Made by a program: the position numbers and the translations under genes. A stretch of DNA of 64,000 bases, from the NCBI GenBank assembly GCA_963555985.3, contig OY820591.1, positions 1,056,001-1,120,000 of the forward strand, given 5' to 3'. The notes under the pieces are model-generated. The model made no database searches. It worked only from the letters and a program-made list of their open reading frames with translations, and had not been told where the DNA came from. Below are positions 56,796 to 64,000 of this stretch, piece by piece; position 1 is the stretch's first letter, and the number at the start of each line of letters is the position of its first letter. Origin of the DNA: Dehalococcoidia bacterium. GTDB taxonomy: Bacteria; Chloroflexota; Dehalococcoidia; Bin125.

Positions 56796-58310
56796 GTGTC
56801 CACGATGAACGACTCCCAGCCAACCGGTTCCGACACGCGCTATCTGCGTGAGATCATCAACGAACGGATCGCCAAGTCCGAGGCGCTGCGCGACTCGGGC
56901 CACGATCCCTACCCGCCAAGAACCAGCCGCAGCCACACGCTCGCCCAAGCCCGCGCCAAGTTCGAGGCGCATGAACAAGTCGGCGCCGAGAGCGATGGGC
57001 CGGAGGTGATCGTCGCTGGACGCATCACCGGCCTGCGCAACATGGGCCGCATTGCCTTCCTCGATCTGGAAGACGACAGCGGCGAGCTTCAGGTCATGGC
57101 CGGCAAGCGAGCGCTCGGCGAGAGCTGGCCCTTGCTCGATCAGCTAGACCTCGGTGATTTCATCGAGGCGCAAGGCCCGACCATTCGCTCGCGCCGCGGC
57201 GAAGTCTCGGTTCAGGCGCAGTCGCTGGGTGTGCTGGTCAAATCGCTTCGCCCCCCGCCCGAGAAGTATCACGGCCTACAAGACATTGAAGTCCGCTACC
57301 GCCAGCGCTACCTCGACCTGATCGCTAACGAGGATGCAAAGCAAGTGCTGCGCACGCGCTCGCGGATCGTCTCCGCGATGCGTCGTTTCATGGACGAGCG
57401 CGGTTTCCTCGAAGTTGAGACGCCGGTGCTCCAGTCAGAGGCCGGGGGAGCGGCGGCGAGACCGTTCCTGACCCATTTCAACGCTCTCGACGAGCCACGC
57501 CAGCTTCGGATTGCGCTGGAGTTGCACCTCAAGAGGCTCATCGTCGGCGGCTTCGACAAGGTCTATGAGATTGGCCGGATCTTCCGCAACGAGGGCTTCG
57601 GTAACCGCTGGAACCCCGAGTTCACAATGCTCGAGAGCTACGAGGCCTACACCGACTACCACGGCGTCGCCGAGATGCTCGAAGCGGCGCTGTCGTCCAT
57701 CGCAACCGAAGTCACCGGTTCGACTCGCGCGCCTTGGCGGGACGGCGAGATCGATTTCAGCCCGCCGTTCGCGCGGGTGACGATGGTTGATGCCGTCAAG
57801 GAGCACGTGGGCGTTGACTTCCGCGACTATCCGACGATCGAGGCGATGGAGGGTTTGCTGCGCGACAACGGCGTGGCGATCCCGCCCGACGCGGGCTGGG
57901 GCAAGCTGTTCGACGAGTTGGTTTCGGAGCGCGTCGAGCCGCACTTGCAGCAGCCGACCTTCCTGCTTGACTACCCACTCGCCATCTCGCCGCTGGCCAA
58001 GCGCACCGAGTATGACGACACGCTCGTCGAACGCTTCGAGCTTTTCGTCGGCGGCTGGGAACTGGCCAACGCCTACACCGAACTCAACGATCCCGTCGAT
58101 CAGCGACAGAGATTCGAGGAACAACTCCGCCTCAAAGCCGCCGGGGACGACGAAGCCGAGCTGCTCGACGAGGATTTCATCATCGCGCTCGAGCACGGGA
58201 TGCCCCCTACCGGCGGGCTCGGCATGGGCATGGATCGCCTGGCCATGCTGCTGACCAACTCTCAGTCGATCCGCGACGTGATCCTCTTCCCGCAGATGCG
58301 GAAGCTCTGA
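56796..58310 (+). CDS. lysS: Lysine--tRNA ligase (class II)
   Basis: VAGRI, RYRQRYLDLI, EVETPVL, GGAAARPF, FRNEG, ELANAYTELNDP, GMPPTGGLGMGMDRL. Confidence 0.97.
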   Translation: MSTMNDSQPTGSDTRYLREIINERIAKSEALRDSGHDPYPPRTSRSHTLAQARAKFEAHEQVGAESDGPEVIVAGRITGLRNMGRIAFLDLEDDSGELQVMAGKRALGESWPLLDQLDLGDFIEAQGPTIRSRRGEVSVQAQSLGVLVKSLRPPPEKYHGLQDIEVRYRQRYLDLIANEDAKQVLRTRSRIVSAMRRFMDERGFLEVETPVLQSEAGGAAARPFLTHFNALDEPRQLRIALELHLKRLIVGGFDKVYEIGRIFRNEGFGNRWNPEFTMLESYEAYTDYHGVAEMLEAALSSIATEVTGSTRAPWRDGEIDFSPPFARVTMVDAVKEHVGVDFRDYPTIEAMEGLLRDNGVAIPPDAGWGKLFDELVSERVEPHLQQPTFLLDYPLAISPLAKRTEYDDTLVERFELFVGGWELANAYTELNDPVDQRQRFEEQLRLKAAGDDEAELLDEDFIIALEHGMPPTGGLGMGMDRLAMLLTNSQSIRDVILFPQMRKL

Positions 58311-58345
58311 TTGAATAGGAGGACGCTCCGATTCGCGCGGAATCG

Positions 58346-59620
58346 CTACTCGGGCAAGGCGTCGCGAGTGACGCCGCTCTCGATCAAGCCGTCTACCTGC
58401 CCACCGTCGAATCCGAGTTCCGTAAGCAGCGCCCGCGTCTCGCTGGCGAAGGGAGCGGTCGCAGACGGCGGACGGAAGCCGTCCTCATCCAGCACGACCG
58501 GCGGTGCGAGCACGCGGATTGGCCCAGCGGCTGGATGCTCCATGTCGTAGAGCATCGAGTTGGCCTCGACTTGAGGATCGTCGAGCAACTCGAATGGGAG
58601 CAAGACTCGGGAGACGGGCACGCCGGCGTCTGCGAGCAGTGCTTCCCAGTGGGCGGTCGGCTGGCTCAAGATGATCTGCTCGGCGGCCAGGCGCAGACGC
58701 TCGTAGTGCTCTTCGTGGTTATTCGGGTCGTCGCCGGTGTAGTCGTCCTCGAGCCCGATTGCGAGACAGAAGGCTGCACGCAATCGGGTGCTGCCGCAGG
58801 CGACTGCGAGCCAACCATCGGCGGTGGTGTACGTGCGAAAGTAGATGTCGGCCATCAGCCGCGCGCGGGCGGACGGCTGCGCCATCCGCTGTTCCGCGTA
58901 GGGAGCGCCCCGCTCGCGCAACTGCGCCAATTCTCGTCGGGATTCTGCATGAATCGGCCCGTCCAGCGACTCCACGCGAAGCATCTGGTTGTTGTTCAAG
59001 TTCATCGCGGCCTGCATCAAGGAGGCATGCACTATGCCGCCTTCGCCGGTGATGGTGCGCCGCAGCAGCGCCGACGCGACTCCGAACGCGAGCGTCATTG
59101 CGCACATGTAGTCCGCCGCCACCGGATCGCCGCTCGCGGGGCGGTCTTCCGTCGTGCGGCCATTCGCCACCATCAGACCGGAGCGCGCCTGCACCACGAT
59201 GTCCATGCCGGCCAAACCGGCGTCGGGACCGTAGCGTCCGAACGGGGTCACCTGCGCGATGATCAGGCGCGGATATCTGGTGCGCAGCGTCGTTGGATCG
59301 AGTCCGAGCTGTTCGGCGAGACCGGGGCGGAAGTTCATCAAGGCGACGTCCGCGTCCTTGAGCAGCGCGTCGATTACCTGGCCCGCATCGGGATGACGGA
59401 GATGCAGCGGCAGCGAGCGTTTGCCTCGATTGCGGGAGAGATAGGTCCGCGACTCCATCGGCGCAATCTGCGCGAGACGGCGGGTGGGGTCGCCTTCGAG
59501 CGACTCGATCTTGATCACCTCGGCGCCGCCTTCGGCCAGCAATTGGGCACAGAAGGGTACTGCGACAAACTGTCCAAACTCGATCACCCGAATGCCGTCA
59601 AATGGCTGCTCAGTGACCAA
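58346..59620 (-). CDS. Family III (CaiB/BaiF) CoA transferase
   Basis: GAEVIKIE..GDPTR, NRGKRS, NFRPG, QARSGLM, conserved Asp in AADY. Confidence 0.92.
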   Translation of the reverse strand: MVTEQPFDGIRVIEFGQFVAVPFCAQLLAEGGAEVIKIESLEGDPTRRLAQIAPMESRTYLSRNRGKRSLPLHLRHPDAGQVIDALLKDADVALMNFRPGLAEQLGLDPTTLRTRYPRLIIAQVTPFGRYGPDAGLAGMDIVVQARSGLMVANGRTTEDRPASGDPVAADYMCAMTLAFGVASALLRRTITGEGGIVHASLMQAAMNLNNNQMLRVESLDGPIHAESRRELAQLRERGAPYAEQRMAQPSARARLMADIYFRTYTTADGWLAVACGSTRLRAAFCLAIGLEDDYTGDDPNNHEEHYERLRLAAEQIILSQPTAHWEALLADAGVPVSRVLLPFELLDDPQVEANSMLYDMEHPAAGPIRVLAPPVVLDEDGFRPPSATAPFASETRALLTELGFDGGQVDGLIESGVTRDALPE

Positions 59621-59700
59621 TGTCCTGCTCCTTACCGCTGCGTTTCACGCATCGCTGCGATCGCAGCGACGCTACCAGAGCGTCGGCTCGGTGCATCGTC

Positions 59701-62151
59701 ATGACCCTCTATGCACGAGTTGCGGTGCTTTCCGGGTCTCCCCTGCGCGGCCCATTCACGTACTCCGTTCCCGAATCGCTTGAGCTTCGAAGGGGCCATG
59801 CGGTGATCGTGCCCTGGCGCTCGCAGTATGCGCTTGGCATCATCCTCGCCATTGAGAGTGACTCCGATTACGAGAATCCACGCCCGGTTGAGCGGATACT
59901 CGACGCCGAGCCGCTGCTTGATGCGCGGCAACTGGCTCTCGCTGAGTGGATCGCGGAGCGCTATCTCGCCCCGATCGCCGATTGCGTGGCGTTGTTCCTG
60001 CCGCCCGGTACGCCGCGCCGCCCAAAGCGTTCGGCGTCCGGCTTTCGCCCAGTCATTCCCAAGCCGCGTCTGGCTCCAGTCCAGTTGGGCCGCGCGTTGG
60101 ACGCTGAGCGACATGCCCGGCTGATCGACGAGTGGCCTCAGAGCCGCCGCTCCCGTCCTGCTGCCCTGCTTGACGCCTTGCGCGACGGCCCGCTCGATTA
60201 CGCGGACGCGGCGCGTCTCTTTGGCGGCGCGGCAAACTTGGCGCGTTGGCTGTCGCGGACGACGCTGGCGGCTTCGGACGGCGAGCAGGTTCACTTGGTT
60301 GTCGGAGAAGATGAAGCCGGTGAAGCTGCGGCTGCGTTGCGCCGAACGGCGGCGGAGCGGAGACAGCTGCGGCTCCTGCGCGCGGTAGCTGCCGGTGAGG
60401 TCGATGAAGCCGACGCTTGCCGAGCCACCGGCGCTACGCGCGCCGATGTCCGACTGCTTGAGCGGCTCGGCTACTTGACTCGTTCGTCGGTTCCCTTTGC
60501 GGCGAACGTACTTGTGGAGGCCGAACCGCCCCCCGAGCTCACGGATGCGCAGGGGGCGGCGGTGGAGGCGCTTCGAGGCTCGCTCTTTGCAGACGACGGC
60601 TCGATTCATCTGCTTCACGGCGTCACCGGCAGCGGCAAGACCGAGGTATATCTCGCTGCGACCGCCGACGCTCTGGCTGGCGGCGGCGGCGTGATCGTGC
60701 TGGTACCTGAGATCGCATTGGCTCCGCAGACCGTCGCCCGCTTTGAGGCCCGCTTCCCCGGACAAGTTGCGGTTCAGCATTCTGAACTCAAGCCTGCCGA
60801 TGCGCGTGAGCAATGGCGGCAGTTGCGCAGCGGCGCAAAGCGCATCCTGGTCGGCGCGCGCTCGGCGTTGTTCGGGCCGGTGCAGAAGCTTGCGCTGGTG
60901 ATTCTGGACGAGGAACACGAGTGGACGTACAAGCAGACCGACCCCCAGCCGCGATATCAGGCGCGAGCCGTCGCTCAGCGGATGGCCCAGGAATGGGAGG
61001 TGGTCACGCTGCTCGGCTCGGCCACGCCCGATCTGGTCAGCATGGCCGATGCGCGCGCGGGACACGCGGGTCTGCTGATCTTGCCCGAGCGGATCGAGAG
61101 TGGACGCGCAGGGCCCCACGCGCTGATCCCGCCGCCGGTAGTCGAAGTGGTGGATATGCGCGAAGAGCTGGAGGCGGGGGTCCGATCGGTCTTCAGCCGG
61201 GCGCTTGACGCCGCCATCTCCGAGACGCTCGCAAGCAACGCGCAGCTCATCCTCTTCCTGAATCGGCGCGGACTTTCCGGGCTGGTCTGCCGCAACTGCG
61301 GCGAGACCGTTCAGTGCAGCCGCTGCGCGATTGCCTTGACGCTTCACCGTCCGGGGCCGCTGCTCCGGTGTCACGAGTGCGGACTGCGCGAGCCGCCGCC
61401 GACCCTGTGCCCAAGCTGCGGCGACGCTCGGATTCGGGCGATGAGCTTCGGCTCGGATCGTCTGGTGGATGAAGTCCGCCGCCGCTGGGGAGACGTAGGC
61501 ATCACCCGTTGGGATCGGGACAGCGCGCGCCGGATTGGACACGCCGAAATCCTGCGCGAGTTTGCCGAGGGTCGAGCTCAAATCCTGATCGGCACGCAGA
61601 TGATCGCGAAGGGACTTGATCTCCCGCGGGTCACGCTTGCGGGAGTTGTGAATGCAGATCTGTCGCTGCGCGAGGCGGATTACACGGCTGCGGAGCGGAC
61701 CTTTCAGCTGCTGACCCAAGTCGCCGGTCGCGCCGGCCGGGGCGGCACCGGCGGCCGCGTGATCATTCAGACCTACGCGCCGGACCACTACGCTGTCGCC
61801 GCTGCCGCCGCTCACGACTACGACGCTTTCTACGAGACCGAGCTTCGTCTCCGCTCGGCGCTTGATTATCCCCCCTTCGGGCGGCTCGCCCGTCTCACCG
61901 TTTCGCGGACGAGCGCGGCCGAAGCGGCTGCAGAAGCGGATCGGGTGGCCGCCTTGCTTCAGGAGCGGCGCATGAGGCATGAGCGCTCCGCAACTGAAAT
62001 CATTGGCCCCGCTCCGGCCTGGCCCGAACGCAGACGCGGGCAGCATCGGCGTCAAATTCTGCTGCGCGGTTCCGATCCCGCCGAGCTGCTGCGTGAGATC
62101 GACTTCCCGCGCGGCTGGTCGATCGACATCGATCCGGTGGGGAGTCACTAG
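59701..62151 (+). CDS. priA: Primosomal protein N' helicase
   Basis: HGVTGSGKTEVY, LVPEIAL, GARSA, DEEHE, GSATP, LNRRG, four CxxC pairs, GTQMIAKG, QVAGRAGR, DIDP. Confidence 0.97.
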   Translation: MTLYARVAVLSGSPLRGPFTYSVPESLELRRGHAVIVPWRSQYALGIILAIESDSDYENPRPVERILDAEPLLDARQLALAEWIAERYLAPIADCVALFLPPGTPRRPKRSASGFRPVIPKPRLAPVQLGRALDAERHARLIDEWPQSRRSRPAALLDALRDGPLDYADAARLFGGAANLARWLSRTTLAASDGEQVHLVVGEDEAGEAAAALRRTAAERRQLRLLRAVAAGEVDEADACRATGATRADVRLLERLGYLTRSSVPFAANVLVEAEPPPELTDAQGAAVEALRGSLFADDGSIHLLHGVTGSGKTEVYLAATADALAGGGGVIVLVPEIALAPQTVARFEARFPGQVAVQHSELKPADAREQWRQLRSGAKRILVGARSALFGPVQKLALVILDEEHEWTYKQTDPQPRYQARAVAQRMAQEWEVVTLLGSATPDLVSMADARAGHAGLLILPERIESGRAGPHALIPPPVVEVVDMREELEAGVRSVFSRALDAAISETLASNAQLILFLNRRGLSGLVCRNCGETVQCSRCAIALTLHRPGPLLRCHECGLREPPPTLCPSCGDARIRAMSFGSDRLVDEVRRRWGDVGITRWDRDSARRIGHAEILREFAEGRAQILIGTQMIAKGLDLPRVTLAGVVNADLSLREADYTAAERTFQLLTQVAGRAGRGGTGGRVIIQTYAPDHYAVAAAAAHDYDAFYETELRLRSALDYPPFGRLARLTVSRTSAAEAAAEADRVAALLQERRMRHERSATEIIGPAPAWPERRRGQHRRQILLRGSDPAELLREIDFPRGWSIDIDPVGSH

Positions 62152-62184
62152 AAAAAATCTCTGGGCGGCCGGGAAAAGGGGCGA

Positions 62185-62420
62185 GCGGCGTTCAGCCTTG
62201 AATTTTTTCTGACCGCGCAGATTGCGGATCTCCTGTACTGGCTGGGAGAATCGCTGTTTGAGGTGGTTGGTGATGGAAAGTTTTGAGTAGTTTTGATCGA
62301 TCTGGTGGAGAGGAATGGTTCCTGTTGGCAGGGGCGGCGGGCATTGAGTGTGCGTCGTCGATTTGCGGGGATGTGCATAGGGGCATCCTTCTGGGGTGTG
62401 CCGTGTACTGATGTTCTGAT
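62185..62420 (-). repeat. Dispersed intergenic element, copy D
   Basis: Minus-strand core ATTCTCCCAGCCAGTACAGGAGATCCGCAA (62222-62251)..AAAAAATTC..CTGAAC; upstream GAAC-atca-GTAC box (62405-62416). Confidence 0.7.
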
Positions 62421-62506
62421 TAGAGTAGCCGATCTTGGATGGGAGTGGTTGTGGCGTGGGTGACAGATGGGAGTTCCGCGCAGGGCTTCGCAGGGTGCGG
62501 CTGGGT

Positions 62507-63319
62507 TTAGAACACTTCGAACGCTACGCGCGCTGCGACGGCGAACATGCCGAGCGCTAGCAGTCGGGCTAGCCCTGACTCGCCGACGCGCTCGGTGACT
62601 CGCAATCCGATTGGATTCGAGATCAGCGCCCCGATCAGCAGCGGCGGTACATCCTCCAGGGGGTCGCCGAATTGCTGCGTTGCGGTGTGATAGACCACGA
62701 CGGCGATCGCGATGCAGACGACGATGGCGTGCGAGGCCGGGATCGCAAGCCAGACGGGCAGGCGCATGACCCGGACGGCGAGAAAGCTGAAGAACAGTCC
62801 GCCGCCGATTCCGGCGAGCGCCGTCACGGCCGCGGTCAGGCCTGTTGAGGCGAGCGTGCGTCGGACCGGTATCCAATAGAGCCAAAGCTGGCCGTAGCTG
62901 TCTCGCTTCATTCGGCGCCAGCCACGCCGCCCGACGGTGCCCGCGTTGCCCGTCGGTCTCCAGATCAGATAGAGCGCCAGCGCGACTAACAAGACTGTGA
63001 GGCCAGCGGCGAAGACTTCGCGCGGCAGGCGTGCAGTGCCGGTTGCGCCAATCAGTCCGGCGGGTACTGCGATCGCGGCAACCAGCCCCACCGCGCGGTA
63101 ATCGATCCGGCCCGCTCGTGCGAGCCGCAGGGTCGAGAGGCCGCTTAGCCCGATCACGAGGCACATTGAGGCGAGCGCGATCTCGGCGGGCTGGGCTTCG
63201 CCGTGTCGGGCGAGGAGCACCGGCGTGAAGAGGAAGCCGCCGCCTGCGCCGACGGCGGTTGCGTAGACGCCGATCGCGAGGCCGAGGCCGATCAGGGCGA
63301 GGAACTCAACCCAGTCCAT
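62507..63319 (-). CDS. TauE/SafE (sulfite exporter) family membrane protein
   Basis: VGAGGGFLFTP and AGIGGG repeated motifs; about 8 TMs. Confidence 0.88.
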   Translation of the reverse strand: MDWVEFLALIGLGLAIGVYATAVGAGGGFLFTPVLLARHGEAQPAEIALASMCLVIGLSGLSTLRLARAGRIDYRAVGLVAAIAVPAGLIGATGTARLPREVFAAGLTVLLVALALYLIWRPTGNAGTVGRRGWRRMKRDSYGQLWLYWIPVRRTLASTGLTAAVTALAGIGGGLFFSFLAVRVMRLPVWLAIPASHAIVVCIAIAVVVYHTATQQFGDPLEDVPPLLIGALISNPIGLRVTERVGESGLARLLALGMFAVAARVAFEVF

Positions 63320-63367
63320 GGGCTGGGCGTCCTGACCGGCGCGCAGTCGTGGTTGGTGTGCGGCCGG

Positions 63368-63420
63368 ACCCCCCTCTGTCACTCCGTGACATCTCCTTCC
63401 GCGATGCGGGGGGAGGGGGG
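63368..63420 (-). repeat. CIR-like double-hairpin repeat
   Basis: Reverse complement CTCCCCCCGCATCGCGGAAGGAGATGTCACGGAGTGACAGAGGGGGG, homologous to 47030-47079. Confidence 0.75.
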
Positions 63421-63488
63421 ATCCGGATTTTGCAAGGCTCTCCGTTCGCGGGCATGAGGCGGATCGTGTTCAGCCGATGGGGATGGGT

Positions 63489-64000
63489 CTAGCTTCGGTT
63501 TGGGATTTTTGGGATCAGCCAACTGAGGAAGGCGTCTTGGCTTCGGGTCTGCATGTAGAAGCGTCCTGGGCCTTCGACTTTGCAGACGAGGCCTTCACCG
63601 GAGAACAGGGTCGTTTTCCAGCCACCGGATCGGGAGACGGAGTAGTGCATGGTCTCGTCGAAAGCGACCATGTGACCGGTATCGACGGTGTAGCGCTCGC
63701 CAGCGCGCAGTTCTTTGAGATGGATCGCGCCGTAGCTGGAAATGAAGAGGGTGCCATAGCCGCTGCAACGGAGCAGGATCAGACCCTCGCCGGAGAAGAA
63801 GCTCTTTGCCCCGCCCCAGCTGGTATCGACCTTGATGTCCGGGGTGGCGGCCAGGAACGAGCCTGACTGGACCAGCACGGAGCCGCCGTTCAGTTCGAGC
63901 GCTTCCACATCGCCCGGCAAGCTGGGCGCGATCGTGACCTCGCCGGTCTGCTCGGCGGTGAAGGTGTTGATGAAAAAGCTCTCTCCACCCAAGACTGAGC
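63489..64000 (-). CDS. AIM24/TIGR00266 family protein (5' end off window)
   Basis: GGESFF.N, PGD, FFSGEGL, SSYGAI, VDTGH.VAF, GPG....QTR. Confidence 0.9.
   Translation of the reverse strand, partial: SVLGGESFFINTFTAEQTGEVTIAPSLPGDVEALELNGGSVLVQSGSFLAATPDIKVDTSWGGAKSFFSGEGLILLRCSGYGTLFISSYGAIHLKELRAGERYTVDTGHMVAFDETMHYSVSRSGGWKTTLFSGEGLVCKVEGPGRFYMQTRSQDAFLSWLIPKIPNRS

Noticed and set aside
59632-62148. 838-aa minus-strand ORF and similar long antisense ORFs
   Set aside because: Antisense to priA; an expected consequence of high-GC codon bias, with no motifs.

Overview
GC-rich bacterial chromosome segment. Gene content and protein styles suggest Chloroflexota (Dehalococcoidia/SAR202-like), possibly host-associated; this is inference only. 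The right half is mostly housekeeping: tyrA-aroA-gmk, a trp operon (leader-trpE-[Nudix/CMD, CMD]-trpGDCFB-[repeats, CPBP protease]-trpA), aroH, aroF, coaD, rsmD, htrA, greA, lysS and priA. The left half mixes catabolic genes (ECH, SDRs, AKR, thiolase/DUF35, MetE-like), murE, birA, an ABC exporter, tandem Cu/Zn- and Ni-SOD genes, tRNA-Arg(TCT), a higBA pair and many secreted repeat proteins (two short-repeat RCC1/BLIP-II-like propellers, a ~2900-aa SwmB-repeat protein, a PPC/Vps62 mosaic). Most notable observations: (1) an unnamed ~50-aa module (RIxARRxxDGRxEFG..LPxxRYFP..WLxSxxIE) occurs five times in three unrelated secreted proteins and is a candidate surface-display domain; (2) a compact three-way-junction RNA with its own promoter lies directly upstream of a DUF3800 RNase-H-like gene in a tRNA-linked islet; (3) a 25-nt poly-G tract frameshifts the signal peptide of an M23 peptidase, suggesting phase variation; (4) a four-copy dispersed intergenic element, often preceded by LexA-like boxes; (5) an orphan promoter-structured RNA-hairpin unit; (6) pseudo-Nudix/CMD genes tightly coupled inside the trp operon. 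All calls were made by eye, with no database searches.
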